Shown here: positions 30,768 through 45,006 of the stretch, piece after piece
Numbering within the stretch: position 1 is the first letter of the stretch
How the letters are laid out: each line of letters opens with the position of its first letter
Assembly: GCA_965178125.1 (NCBI GenBank)
Contig: OZ237755.1
Coordinates: forward strand, 620,001 to 684,000
DNA length: 64,000 bases
Direction of reading: 5' to 3'
DNA from: Bilabrum cf. latius
Lineage: Eukaryota
Position numbers and translations under genes: made by a program
Notes under the pieces: generated by a model
The model's database searches: none
The model's input: only the letters and a program-made list of their open reading frames with translations
What the model was told of the DNA's origin: nothing

Positions 30768-33083
30768 TTGCGTCGCTTGCAGGACCCTTGGTTAGGACGT
30801 TCATCTGCCTGCCTTGAGCTATGGTCTCGACAGAACGCTGATCCAGTGATTTGCTGCCCGCCCAGGCATGATACTGCCCTTGACCTGCCTCTGCAAAACC
30901 ACTGTCCCATGGCATTCATGCGAGGAATTGCTCTGCATTGCGAGATATCCATGTCGATTCTGGATGAGAAAGGATTCCGCCGACAGATTCGGTTTAGCAC
31001 GCACCATGCAACGGCCCGCGTGCAGGATTAGGTTCTGTCCGTGCCTCTTATCTTGCCCGCGCAAGACACAAATGAAGCGCCTGGCATTTCGAAACATACA
31101 TCGAGCGTGTCCGAGGTGGGAGAGGTGCGAAAGTCAACACCGAGTACGAGGCAGCCACCGGCCATAGCAAAAATATCACCTTGGCGGCTCGTGCCTTTTG
31201 ACCTCAGACGGCTGTGCAGGCTGGCGTTTGGAAGCTCAGCCAAGCTTTTGCTTCGTATCGAGATACATGGCAACGTGCGAATCGCGTGCTTTTGGTTGGG
31301 CAGGCTGACACCGACGACAGCAGCTGAAGCGAGCACAGCAGCAGCCGCCGAAACTGCACCACCTGCCAGTGTTGGGAAGCAGGCGACTACTGCAGGGGTA
31401 GCCAGCGCACCGCTTGTGGGCGGGGACGTGGTATCTAGACTGGTGGAGCTGCCACCCTGCCTGCCAACCGGAACCGAGAGCGCACCGATCCTGCCGACCG
31501 CACGAGAAGCAGCCATCGCGAAGATGCGCTTGGTGCAGCGGAGAAAGCTGCAGCAGCACAAAGAAGAAAAGGCAGCCGAGAAAGCAGCCAAAACAGTGGA
31601 ATCCACCGCATCCCGGGGCAGGTCACGCATGCAGAAGACGGGCAGCCAAAGCCAGCGTGGAGGCAGTCTGCCATCCAGTAGCATCCAAGGCCAGGCTGCC
31701 GGCACAGGCGAGCTGTCAAGGCAGGGGCAGGGGTCTGCCACTGCCACTGCCTGTGGAGATACGGGCAGAGATGGGCCCAAAGCACGTGGCATAGGCAGTG
31801 GCAGTGGGCTAGCGGATGAAGCTGTCAGCGGCTCTGCAAGTCGTGGGACTACCACGATGAGGGGTTCTTCAGGGCGCGGTCAAGGCAGCTCCGCGCCAGC
31901 ATCCCCGTTGCGGATGCTCCGACAAGGCGCGCCAGACTCCAGTAACACCACGTATACGCAGCTCTCGCCTCAGCAGGTGCGCAGTTCCAGTCCCATCCGG
32001 CACGGGCGGCGGCAGACCCGGGCCGGCCCTGAAGTCGCCATGCGTGTACCCACGTCCCCGATCCGGACGAGTCAGCACCTGTGCCCGAGCGAATCTGGCC
32101 GGCTTGGACAACGTGGAGGCACGTCCCGCAGCGGCGGCGGGCGCAGCCCGCAGATAGACGGAGGTCGTGGTGCTGCTTCGCAGTCTGGGGAACAATGGAA
32201 TGGGGAACAACGGCCTGGGGAACAACGCACCGAGCACCCCGGAGCTGTGGGTCGTAGAGGAGGCCGTCGCTCTGACCCTGGCACCGGCTCTGGCTCTGGT
32301 GCTGGGATGGCGATCGTCAGCATCGGCAGGCGGGCTGGCCAGGGAACAAGTAAGGGAGCAAGCCGACGAAATATGGCTGGCGCTGGATCTGGGTCGGGCA
32401 CCGTGCTCGTGCGCGGTGGCTCCCTGATGCGGCTGCCCACTGGCAAGCAGCGATAGCCGGCGTCCTCGTCTTCATCTTCATCTTTAACCGCCCCCCTTGC
32501 GGGACCTACCATGAATACTGGTGGTGCCATGGGTATGCAGCAGAAGAAGGCCGGCGGCGGGAGCAGAATTTCGGTGACAACCATCACGATTGGAGCCGGG
32601 GCCGGATGGGATGACGCAGCTGCTGGGCTGCGGCCCAGCCCCATGGGGAGCGGCGCACCCGTTACTGCTTCTAAGCGAGCGGTGCGGGCGGGTGCGGAGT
32701 CCTCTGTGCTAGGTAGAAGGGTAGGTGCCAGTGGTCGGTGGTCTGCCGGTGCGGGCGGTGCATCCGGACTTGCGGGCACTGCCACTGTCGAGGGCGCGAG
32801 AGATAGAAACAACAAGGGCTCGCGGTCATCGACCAGACAGCGGACATCAAGCAGGAGCAGCAGGAGTTCGTCGACAAGGGACGCTGTTGGGGCCGGAGCA
32901 AGTGCTCCAGTGGACGCTCTGGGTGCTCACTTGCTGGGAGGGACAGGTGGAGCCGCTCCGAGGGCGAGCAGAGGTGGAATCGCCCGTGGCGGTCGTGGGC
33001 CTGTGATAGCATTACCAACTGGAAGGAATGGAAGAACCTCGGGGCTCTCCGGGGCAGGGTCACGTTTCGTAGGCAGCAGTTGA
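30768..33083 (+). CDS. Low-complexity G/S/R-rich hypothetical protein (start uncertain)
   Basis: ORFs 30768, 31041 and 32511 are in one frame, joined across TAGs; ends at TGA. Confidence 0.55.
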
Positions 33084-33150
33084 ATTCGTCACATTGCTGC
33101 CGTACGCTGTAGGTTTTGTCTTTGGGCTGTCACAAGAAGTGCTGTCCGTG

Positions 33151-36100
33151 ATGACACGCGGTGCTGTGTTGTTGGTAAGCACCATTATGATCACGTTACT
33201 GTCTCATGCCGCTAGAATCAGGCCTCCCACTCAGCTGCGGGTTGAAGTCGGCGACTTTGCCGTGTAGATCCCAGTGAAAAGCAGTAAGCTGAGCTAGGAG
33301 TGGCCAGGGCGACCGTGTGCCCCGATCATGTCCAATAGTGGTAATCTCACTAAAGATGCGAATGTGGTTCATGGGAGTTTGCATCAAGCGCTGCAATAGA
33401 CGATGAACAGCGATTCGAAGGATCGCAGAGGCGTTGGCAACGATTTGCTGCATTGCGTTTCGGTTTCCGGTATTCATAAGGCTCTCCGGTCGTTACAGAG
33501 CCCATTATTTGTGTCTGAGCGGAGGAGGGACGATGTTTTGGACAGGAAAAGCAGGTTTGCACTGGAACTGTGCGTGAATGCCGACGGCCGCGCGCGCGGT
33601 TGCGCTGGCACGCGATTGGCTGACCAAGCACGGGAAGGCAGTGACGAAACTAAAGCATATTCTAGTACTGGCGAGGATTCAACAGTTGATAGCAGTGCTG
33701 CGTTCAGTCTCGCGTCCCAAGGCTCCGAGCTGGACCCGAGGTCGGCAGCACTGGCGGACCTGCTGTTGGGAGGAGCCAAGACAGTGGAGGTCACGCACGG
33801 GGGGGATGGCATTGGGGCTGATTCCGTAGACGAGACGTCCCTCGGCGTGACCCCGCAAGAAATGCAAGCGGCCGCTCGGGCAGCCGAATCCATTCGACCA
33901 GGCACGTCACGGGACGTGGACCTGAGGGAACACTTTGACGAGGCCGGCGGCCCCGACACCCTCTCCGGGGTAGACGGGGCTAGTGCCGGCATGAGCCATT
34001 CAGGCCAGCAGCCGAATCCGTCCGAGACAGAGAGCATGTCACGGGTCACCACCGCCCATTCCATGCCGGCGTGGGCCCTCGATCAGAGGTACCAGCCCAG
34101 GTACATCGGGTCTGGCGAAATTACCGTGGGGGCATTCGTCGGACAGGCCGGGATTGCCATGGTGGTGGCTGCCTCGCACATGCAAAGGGGAGCTTTCAGA
34201 GACGCGGAGCAGCAGCTGGCTGTGGCAGCGAGCCATGATACCCAGATGCCTGTCCTCTTGCACAACGTAGCGATTGCAACTACCCTTCGCATGCTCAAGG
34301 AAATGGTGCAAACGCTCAAGGCAGCTGAGACTGCGGCGAAGCAGGCCAAGACAGGCTTATCATAGAAGCAGAGCAAAGACTTGCCGAAGGCCACCTTGCA
34401 CCCGACCATCGGACCTCTGTAGTACGGGCTTTTGCAGTACATCAAGTATCTCCTCGTTAATTCCGCGAACGACGCAAGTCGCGCACGCAAAGGCGCCAAC
34501 CACAGGCACTTCATCATAGGCAACGAGGAGCACACGAGGTGCATGGCCTAGCAGGAGGCGGAGAGCTCATACGCCGTAGGCTGGGTACTGGAGCTGTCTG
34601 GATTCGGCTACGAAGCGGCAGACTGGTACGGCAGGGCGGTCGATGCTGCCGGGGCATATTTTCCGCACTTGACGGAGCGTGCCTTTGCTAGGCTCCAAGC
34701 CACATCTCCTGAAATTGTGCCAATCATTGCCATGGGGGCGGGCATCGGGCATCCTTCTTATCTGCAGGTCATTGAAGACACGCGGCGAGACTCTAAAGCT
34801 TCCGCAGAGGCACTCAGCACTCGGGGGAGTGTGCGATCCGGGTCATCCAAGGCACTCGACTTTGTGCTGCGGGTCGTCGGGAGCCGGGGGCCAGCGGGGC
34901 TACGGTTGACTCCTCCAGTGCAACCGGCCTTGCTGGACCCATAGCAGGCAAGTAGCATCGGAGGTGCCCCAAGTGACGGCGCTCGCACAATCCAACTGGT
35001 AGAGCAAGCAAGAGAGGCCATATCTTCCCGGCTGAACAAGCCCTTTGTGCTTGACATCGGCGGCGGGCAGGGTTCAAGCTCTATCATTGGGGCAAAGCGG
35101 GGCGCGAACGTGGTTGCGCTTGAACCGATTCCGCACATCCACAGGCTGTTGTAGGCAACTGCGCAGTTGAATGGGCTTGCAACCACTTCGTTTGGTGCGG
35201 GCGAATCGAATAGAGCCAAGGACGGTGATCGGCACGGATACGATGACTTCGTTGCATCTAAGTGTGAATTAGCTGCCGGCGGCATAGCAGAGTCGGATGC
35301 GTTTGCGCGGCGATCTCACAGCGATGCAGTGCAGCGGGCGGGCTGGCTCATACGGCAGTATCCGGCTGCCGCTATGCAGCTGCGCTGGCTTGTTGCCCTG
35401 TCAAAGTCAATAGCAGCCTATTAGAATGCTCGCCGTGGTGGCAACGGGGTCAGTTCTGAAGCCAAGCAGAGCACGGGCGCCTTGCTAGCCATCCTGGCAG
35501 ACTCTGCAGACGCAGTTCGTGGGGGTCCGATCGGCTCGGAAGCGGTTGGACAGCTAGCAGTGTGCGCGGTGGCCGCCAGGCTGGAGCGCACGTATGGTTG
35601 GAATAAGCTAGCTGGCATTGCCTCGCGCTTTGCAGACACCGTCATCCAAGATCCAGTGTTGGGCCCAGCGAAGATGTCCGATCATCACAGCGCATCGTTC
35701 GATTCCATGCGTCGTTTCCAGGCCGTTGCACAGGGAGTGCCACCACTGCGAGGTGGTCGCACCCACTGGGGCGCCGAGCTCGAGGCCAGGAGCCACGCGG
35801 TGTCTTCTTGGTCGCATCTGGTGGCAGTCACCATCGGTTCGGGGGGGAGCATACAGTCCAAGTGTCCCGCATTATCCAGCGGATCGGCAGGCATGGAGCC
35901 ACTGATCGCACTGGTGACATTTGTCGCCTCGCAAGATGGCACTTTCTTGAGCCCGTTGCCGCCCGTGGCTGCAGTGGAACGCTATCCAGCTGACCTTCAT
36001 GATACAGCGGCACAGCAAGCATGGGACAACGGCCTATGCCCGGCAGGTGCTTGTAACGACCCCGACGCCAGCTCTCAATCAGACTTTGGCCGCTCCGTGT

Positions 36101-38226
36101 AGTATTCAGAGGCTGTAGATGTCGTGTTCTGGTAGGCAAGTCTGCTTCGCAACCAGGAGATCCACGCGCTTCTAGGTGCTGGCGCGTAGGACTGGATGGT
36201 GGCCAGGCAGGTGCAGGCCACCTTCACCCATAGGTACAGAATGAAAACGCTGCTGCATAGCTTGCAGGCTCTGAACGTTGATTTCACGGCTGAATCGAAA
36301 TCAAATCTTCAGCGGCATGCCGCTAGCGCAATCGCCAGGCAGTGCTAGCTGGCACTCTCTCGCCCAGCAGCATGCGGGCCGTCCTACGGATCCGTAGATG
36401 CGATCCCCGCGGCTGCAGGTCCACCCTCTGCGATGTGGGCAGCCGTCCGAGTGCTTGGCGCAGATGAAGACACAGAAGGGCACAAGCACACGAGCACGCA
36501 AGACAGTGGCAGTGGTGCAGCAGTTTCACACCATGTTGCTTGCCGGCCTTCGTGGAATGACGTGCCCGCTCTTGCCGCAGAGCAGCTCAACTTTTCTTCA
36601 GAGGCCACGCTGGAGACGCTGATGGCGTCTCGACGCACATCGGAGATATGGCCTAGCACAGTGGCACAGCAGTCTGCTAGTAGTGCTGATGGTAGCGCCT
36701 CCCTCGTCATCGACCCTTTCGATGCCGCAGCTCGCTCGCTGCAGGCCGTACCAGGGTGCCAGCGACTCGAGCACAAGAGGTTTGGATGCGTGCGGTGCTC
36801 GCACGTGGTGGGATTGGACGCTAGGCCGGCTGGCTAGCCTCCTAGAGGCGCCCATGCATCGCAGCTGGGGCACGACTTGACCAATTCCCAGCTCGGCCTC
36901 TCCAGCAAGAACGAGCCCAGTGCGCTTTACACGCAGGCGACCGGCTAGCACAAGGCACTCGTTGACTCGCCACAGCTTGGCGTTGCGGATCTGCTGCGAT
37001 TTCGTTGGTATGGACAATCTGCAGCCGCGATGGTTGCTGCAGGATACTACGGCGATGACTAGAATTAGCTCCGGGACAGCAGCAGCAGCGCAGATGCTCC
37101 CGCCAGCGTGGCAGCAATATCCGATGCGATCGCTTCCCAGCCACGGCCCTCGCTCCCTGACTTCGTGCGACTGGATGTAGAAGGCTGCGAAATTACCGCT
37201 CTAAGCGGATATTGGTGGACAATAATCGCAGATGCGGCCAGTGGAAGCGAGGGAGTTGCGGTCGGTGGGACGCGCGCGGCCTACAACACTGCAACGGCAG
37301 CAAGAAACTTCTTGCGTGCCGTCGAAGAGCAGGCAGCTGCACTTGGGATGCCTGGAGCTGTTGCTGCAGACCAGCTAGAAAATTCAAGTACCGTGGTTCC
37401 TTCGAGTGCAGGCGCGGCTCGCGATCCACATGCGGTGCTTGCAGCTTCCATTCGACAAATTGTAACATCTGGAGTCGTCGACTCGACAGGCAGCTCCAGC
37501 GACGACAGCGACAGCAGCTCACGAGCTCCGCTTCCTAGGCTAAATAGTACCATTGATCTTGCGGCTGGTCGCATGGAAGTTTTGGGTGCCATGGGCTTGG
37601 GGCTGGGAGAGCCGCTTGAAGCATCGCACGGGATCGGCAGCTCGGATTCATTCCCTTCGCAGGAAAAAGCTGAAGCGCTCAGGCGGGATGGTCTCATCAA
37701 TGGAACCAATTTCATGGTGAAGGTGTGCCCTAGGCTCTGGCAGCAGTGCAACCAGCCAGAGCTCGCGAACGGGATTCGGTCCCCTTCCTAGGATGTCCTA
37801 CAGCAGGCTAGGGACACTTGGAACTCGCTAGTGAAGCTGGGGTACATGGTCGTGGCCATTGACACAGAGGCAGACTCCCCGGGCATGCAGCGGCTGCCCC
37901 ATCGGATATCGCAGGCTTTGCTGCGCCTGGAGCACAGGGATGTCGGCAACATCGCCGTTCTGGTGCCGCCTGTTGGTGCAGGCAGCTACACGTGGGCGGC
38001 GGACCAACAGGGCAAGTCGACTGCCGCATCGAATCTAGATGAGCCGGGGCAGAACCTGGAGGGCCTGATGCAGATATTCGACTCGCTTGCTTTTGCCGCG
38101 ACGATCGAGTAGCCCCAGGAGTTCTGCCTCGATCTCTGGATGATCCCGGCCGACCAGGCGACCGACTACACGGCAGTGGTGGCTGGGGCCTTGCAGAAGC
38201 AGGTTAGAGCGCTTTAGCCTGCCTGA
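33151..38226 (+). CDS. About 1691-aa protein with signal peptide and split FkbM-like SAM methyltransferase motifs
   Basis: One frame with about 20 TAG and no TAA/TGA. Motifs VLDIGGGQG...VVALEP (around 35045-35130) and PDFVRLDVEGCE (around 37156-37191). Confidence 0.75.
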
Positions 38227-38430
38227 GCAGGCAGCCATGCCTTTGTCCGCAGGCTGAAGGACGGAATGAGGTATGCTTTGAGATGCAGTGCGCGATAGCT
38301 GCGACAGTAGCCTCTGTTTCGTTCGCCAGCGTTTCGGCTTTGCTCCGAGACGAGGAACGTTCGGTTCAACAAGTTGCCGTGAAATACACTCTAAACGCCG
38401 CTTGTTACTGTGTAGCTATCACCTTCCATC

Positions 38431-39558
38431 ATGCTTCGCTTCAATCACGCCAGTAGGAATATTTACTAGCGTGCGATGACAAAATCAAGGTGGAGTAGCG
38501 CTCTGGTATCACCAGAAGAGGCTATGCAGCTTCGTTCGAGTGCGCGTTTCATCGATGCAACTTGGTTCATGCCGAATCATCCAAAGGGCATGAAAGGAAA
38601 GACAGCGTTCGAATAGAAACACATTTGGAACGCAGTGCATTTTGACATTGACAAGGTCGCAGTTCCCAGCAAATTTCCGCACATGCTGCCCCAACACAAG
38701 GAGGACTTCTGGACCCTAGCACGGCAGCATGTCACTGGCACCATTCACGACTCTGACGAATTTGTGGTATACGATCACCAGGGTCTATTTTCAGCAGCTC
38801 GTGTCTGGTACTCGTTGCTTGCAAACGGCGCGTAGAATGTGAGAGTGCTGGACGGTGGGCTTGCAGCGTGGCAAGCAGCTGGTGGCCCTGTAGCCTCTGG
38901 AAGCGAGGATCATAGTATTGAACAGTCAACTAAACCAAAAGCAACGGAAGGATTGAGCGGGCGAGTGGGTGGGATCTGGACCTCACGTGACGTGGCATCT
39001 TGGGCTGCTAAACAAGAACCCACGGCTCGGCCACTGGTGCTCGATGCAAGGAGCGCTGGCAGATTCAGGGGCGATGACCCGGAGCCTAGACCTGGGATCT
39101 TATCCGGGCATGTACCAGGATCTATCAGCGTGCCGTTTGATTCGGTCCTACGGCCAGCCACTGACGATTCCGGCTCGCGTTTGCTGCCATCTAGCCAGCT
39201 GCGTGATGTGCTTACTGCTGCTGGCGGGCCCGGGACAGATATGGCAGGCCTACTCCAGGCTGGTGCCCGATGCATGCAAGGCAAGGGGCAGGAAGAAGCG
39301 ATTGCTAAGACTGGCGGCAGTGGGCCAGACGTGGTCACCACTTGCGGCTCTGGAGTGACTGCCAGCGTGCTGGCCCTCGCGCTGCACGAGTGCGGCGTGA
39401 AAAATGTCGCAGTGTATGATGGCTCTTGGTCAGAGTGGGGCACCTTGTTCGCTGAAGGGGCGCACGAGGAAATGGAAGGGGATACCGTTCGATGGCGGCA
39501 ACATGGCGATGTGGATCCATACCGAGTCGGCATATAGAGGACAAAGTGGGAACCATGA
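38431..39558 (+). CDS. MPST: 3-mercaptopyruvate/thiosulfate sulfurtransferase (tandem rhodanese), probable mitochondrial presequence
   Basis: IDATWFMP, SAARVWY, VLDGG, DARSAGRF, GHVPGS, CGSGVTA, VYDGSWSEW; four in-frame TAG; ends at TGA. Confidence 0.9.
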
Positions 39559-39793
39559 GTTAAGTATCATATCGGATCCTCTTGAGCCGTTCGAGTTCCT
39601 TTTGTTTTTGTGTTTAATTAGTAAAGAATGCGTGCTATTTGTCTCAAGGGTATGCAATACTATGCATTGACTGTGCTTGGCACGGAACGCAACGCAATAC
39701 GAACAAACACGTGCACACGCAGCAGTGCCCTCATCCAATGCAATCGCGAAGCTCGTGATGGGCTCTATCACAAGGACAAATCGCACCTCTTGC

Positions 39794-42700
39794 TCAATTA
39801 GCAGCGCCCTCTCCAGCCTGCTCCCTCTGCACAGTGCTGCCAGGAGGGCCAGCGGCGACGTGAGCGATCGTGTTGCGAGCAAGCTGCTCTACTTCGTGAC
39901 CCTGAAGCAGCCCGTAGTGGCCCCCAGCCACACCAGCCGTTTGCGAGGGATCATGCTTGTACATGAGCCAGAATGGGAGCCTTGCCACGCTCCACCCCTG
40001 CTCCTTGATCAGTCCCTCCCTGCATGCGTCCAGCGCACTTGGGTGCACCGTCAGCACCTTGCTGAACGCGGGGTTGTCGAACCGATTGTACTCACGAATG
40101 ACCCGCAAGCCAGTGCGCGGCGAAGTGGCAGTCAGGTTCCGTCCAGCATAACACGCCTAGGCCAAAGGCAGTCGATGCTCTGCAGCCGCCCCATCTAGAC
40201 CCTGCCTCGCGGCTGCCCTATCTTCTGCATCTGGAATGGGCTGCACTTCCTGGTGAAATGGCCCGTCGTACTCGAACACAATTCCAAGCTCCGGCCATAT
40301 GGCATCTACCCTGTAGCCCAGTCCCGGCAAGACAGCTTCGAAAATGACCTGATGAGCGGAAGGGCTCTGATCGGTAGCAGCAGCCATTGCCTGAAGCAGC
40401 TGAAGCTCCGTGCCAGAGGTGGATGGTTTGTTGATAATTTCCCTCACTACGGACCACTGAGGGGGCCTGCCCTCCCTTGCGTCGTTCTCGGCCTGCTGCA
40501 CCGCACTGCGGTGCCGATCCATCCCACGCCGCAAAACCGTCCGGATCCGTTCGCGCCTTCCGGTCTGCTGCTGATTGATGCGATCGCCAGCTGCACCCGA
40601 TTCCCGTGCATCCTGCCCGGTCTCGCTAAAGACTGGGTGGTAGAAGCCACACGCAAACATCTTGGCGATGTCAACGACACCGTTCGATACAGTCAGCCGC
40701 TCAGAACCCTCAGGCACTGGCACGCCATGCCGCTTCAAGATGACCTCAATCTCATCGGGCCTGTCGTACCACGAATCTCCGAGCTCCCGCTTGATCGAGC
40801 TTACTGCAGCGGCTGCAGGGTCCAAGATTTCCGCCAGCAGCCGTGCCAGCGGCGTGCCATCAAATATACCAAACCTCGGGCCGCTTCGTCCCCCCAATTC
40901 CTAGTCTTGGCCAGGCACCTATGCCAGAGCGCCCAATCGTACAAGAGACTCGGCCGTGCTAATCCACTCGAGCACTTTTGGCGTGGACTGCACACGCTGC
41001 AACGCATGGAATGCCTAGCTGACCAAGATGCTGGCACGCATTTCACGCAACGCGTCGGGACTCAGCTCGCGGTTACCGAATGCATGGTAAGCATCTTGCG
41101 CCAGAGTATCCGCTTTGATCAATTCAGGATCAAAGAGTCCTGCAAGCCTGAGGTGGATGGCACCAGACACTACCTCAGACACTGAGTTCGTCTCGAATGC
41201 CTCCGACTCCGCCATGCCAAGCATTGCGTACTCGCGCTGCAGATCCTACAAGGCATTCTATCCAGCCATTGACCCGAGCAAGATCGCATTGCCGGTATCT
41301 GACAGTACGTGGTTGTGCACGGAAGGAGCGCTTGCGAATACTAGCAGCCGGTGGCCAAGCTGCCGTCGCCTTGCTAGCACAGCGGCAACTTCCGCAAGGG
41401 CTTGCCGCAGCTACCCCAGTGCAACCTAGTGCTGCCGCTGCGAATGAAGCTGAGGTGAGACCAGTTGGGCCTAAGCAAGCTGTCTCGATAGCTGCATGAT
41501 CTTCGCTGCGTCCTGCACTGCTCTCTTGTTGTCCTACCACAAAATGGATGCCACCGCTTCGAAGCCGCGCCGGTGCATACCAGCCTCTGCCGCCCGGATC
41601 GAATTGAATGCCGTCGACGCGACCATTGCCAGCACCTCTCTGTGCTGGTCTGTAAGTCGGCCCGGCACGGACATGTGTGGCTCCCACTTCGCGATCGCTT
41701 CTAGAACGATCGACATGAGCGGCGCGGAGAGGTGACTTGTGCCGATGCCTAGAACCGCATCGGCGAGCGATGCAAGGGCCGCTAGGCGACAAGAAGTAGC
41801 CTCCTGGTCCATGTCACGACCAAGATGGTCCAATGGAGGGCAGATAGCAGCAAACGTTGGAGTGGACTCCCAGTCTGCCGAAAGCACGGTTCTCAGCTGG
41901 CTCGTGTCGTGACGTATGCTAGCTTCAGCCAACCGGTTGCGCACGTTGGTTCGAAGCCACGTTGCGTTTCTTCGGGCGCGGCCGCCTCTGGATAGCTCTA
42001 GATGCAAACCAGCTGCAGGGATCGATTTACACTCGTGGTGCGTCTGCTGCAGCGGTGCGGCGGCCCAATCTGTCTGTGTCGCAATTCCAGATGCAAACAT
42101 CTGGGCCGCTCGGGAGAATCGCTCCGGTACCTTGTCATGGTCCAAATCACTTTCTGAGACGCCCAACGAAAGACTTTGCTGATCGACATTGCCAAATAAA
42201 CGCAGGTGACCTGCGAGCCGCGACGCAGCGTCTCTGTTCTTTGCCGCCGTGGACTCGCCCCGAAACATGGCAGAGGCAGCAGGAGACAAGTTCTCCGCGG
42301 CAAACGGCGACTCAACCCTGGACGCAACTCTTGATAGCGCTAGCAAGGTGCCACGATCTCCAGAGGTAAAAGACACCCCCAGCGACTTTGCCGCATGGGT
42401 CGTCCACCACGGTAGCATCTGCTTGCGGGCCTCGCGAGAACTCACCTGGAGACCCAGCAGCGCACTGACAGCTTGACCTCCTTTACGCCACCGATTTTGA
42501 CTGACAGCTTGGTCCAAGCTGTTCTCTATCCGTCCAACCAGCATGTCCTCTTTGCGTTCCCGCATGGAGTACTGCATCCTTCCCCAGGTGGATGCAGCCG
42601 ACCTCGAGGCTCTAAGCTCTCGCGGCCAGGCTGATCCAGCTGATGCAAGGCTGCCCGGTGCAGGCAAGTCATCAGCCTCGCTTTCATCTGCTTGGACAGG

Positions 42701-44713
42701 ATGTCCATGGCTAGGCCGCAGCATGGCCCCGGCTAGCTGATCCATCAGCGAGTCCATGGTCGGATGGGGAGCGACAGGATACTTCTGCATGTTGGGCAGG
42801 AACCGGGCCGGAGATGCGTCGCCGTACAGCCACTGTCGATTGCTCAGCGTTCCTACCACGTGCACTGCGTCAAGAATCCAGTGAATCGGGGAGTTGACGC
42901 TGAAGTCGCCCCTTGATGCAGCATCAAAAGAGTGCTGCAGGTCTCTATGAGCCGCAAAACAAGGCATGAAAGCTGCTTCGATCACGCGAGCAGGGGCGTC
43001 CTGCTTGTGCTACAGCGTAGAAGCGAGGCATTGTATGCATCCAAGCAAATCCAATGCAGAGATTCTGGTGGATTGCAACAGGCTCTGCATGGACAGCGCG
43101 TCGATTTCCTCTTCTCCACGCGCAACTGACAGGCTAGGATACGCCACATGAGTGAACAAATGGGCCTGCATCATGCTTGCATCAATCGACATGTCACCCA
43201 TGGAGCGTTTATTGCCCGAGACGATGGAGCTTTGCTCTTCGCGCTGGATGGTACTGCTCTGCTCCTTGCCTTCCATTGGATCCCCTGAACCGCCCACTCG
43301 GGCGCGCAAACTGTGCCTCATCTTCGCATCGAATGTGTGCATGCTAGTCTCGGCTGCTTCTAGGAGCCCCTCCGGCCAGGGCATGTTGCTTGGCTTATTC
43401 AAGTACCACGTGTGGCGAAATGGGGTGGAGTCTGCCTGGCCGGCTTCCGTTGCTGATCGCTTCAGCGAAACTACTGCCTGCGCGCATTCCGCCGTCACAG
43501 ATGCAGACTCGCTTGAAACTACTGCCTGCGCGCATTCCGCCGTCACAGATGCAGACTCGCTTGAAACTACTGCCTGCGCGCATTCCGCCGTCACAGATGC
43601 AGACTCGCTTGCCAGTGGCGAAGCTTGTTGGGCGGTAACTTCACCCGCGTCTGGCGCTGGCGCACGTACGCCTCGAGTAGACTGATCGATGTGATTACTA
43701 GAGTTGTCAGACCTGTCTTTGAACCAAGCTTGCGTCGCAATCCTCCTGCCCATCCCGGCAACCGCTGCCATCATCTCAAGCAGATCCGCCAGGGGGGACG
43801 CCCGCGCAAGGAGGACGAGAAGCGGTGGTGCGTGAGCTAAAATCCTGGCTGCCTCAGCCTGCTCCCGTTTCAGCTGCACGGTCAGCTTGGACCTCGATAT
43901 CTGACTGATTCGTGCCGCGAGGAAACCGCCCTAGTGCACCACGGCAGCACCGGGCACTGCATGCGACCACCCGTGGGAGACCGCCAACGCATCCCCGTCA
44001 GTAGACAACGAGGCAGGATCGATGCAGTGACCAGACATCAAGCTCGCCACAAAAGGCAGGAATCGATCCGGCGCAAGTTGCAAGCATGCGCGCAGGTCCT
44101 GCGCCACTGCACTCGCCATCGTAATCGCCGCAGACACAGCTGCTGACGTTGCAGCCCCCTTTGCCATCTGGTTGCGCGCATGCCCGGCAGCGGTGATTGA
44201 ACGTCGCGCATTGCGCTCCTGCTGGACCTCGGCAAGACCGCTGGATTTGTCGAACCGTACCTGGGAGAAGGCGTCCGCCAGCTGCTGCATGCCAAGGACT
44301 TCCAGCTTGCCAGATGCCTCGCTTCCTTCGGACTTAGCAAGCGTCCACGCACGAGCCGCAATGGAAACTCGGGTTGCACAAGTTGAGACCCATGCATTCT
44401 CTGTTCGACACGATCTAGTGCGGGGCACCTGAGCAGCAACATCAGCCAGCGTTTCGAACGAAGCACATCTGGCCACGTCTGAACGCTCTGCTCTATAAAA
44501 CGATTTCTAGGGATCCTGATTAGTTGTTTTGGCTGGGATAGATCTCTTCCGTGGATATCGGTGTTGCTTTAGCAACTGTGGTGACAAGCACAAGCTCCTC
44601 TACGAGTGTTGGAGAGCCTTAGCTTGCAACAACAGCTTTGGTTGGGCACGGAAAAGCGTACGATATAAGCCATGAATGCCACGCAACGCGTGCTTTTGCC
44701 CCGCAAGGCGCAT
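39794..44713 (-). CDS. Large protein with C-terminal RAP-like domain (start inferred)
   Basis: Six ORF fragments share one frame and are separated by TAG. GYRVDAIW...FEYDGPFH...GWSVARLPFW; ends at TGA. Confidence 0.7.
43467..43610. repeat. 3 x 48-bp coding tandem repeat
   Basis: Encodes SESASVTAECAQAVVS three times. Confidence 0.9.
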
Positions 44714-45006
44714 GGGATCTCGCAGAGAGTGCATCTGAATGTTGCCTGCACATGTTGCCGAAAACGAACCTTCGTGAGCGTGAGTGGGGACCCCAAAAGC
44801 ATGATGGCGCTCATCTGGTTACGTCTGACACAGCCACTAGTAGCAATCACCCTCGCCCCGGCCACGCTTTCTCTCCGCTACGCGTGGCCGTGCTCCGTTC
44901 AGCCTCGACCTCGTCTTCCCCCACTCGTCTCTTCTCGTTGTCGGTCTCACTGGCAGCCGCACGTCGTAGATCTAGTCGTTTTCCTGCAAAGCAGGACATC
45001 GTGGCC

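Noticed and set aside
40253-41185. Long antisense and alternative-frame ORFs in GC-rich regions (also 62049..62927, 44638..45276)
   Set aside because: Shadows of GC-rich coding sequence on the other strand with no recognisable motifs.
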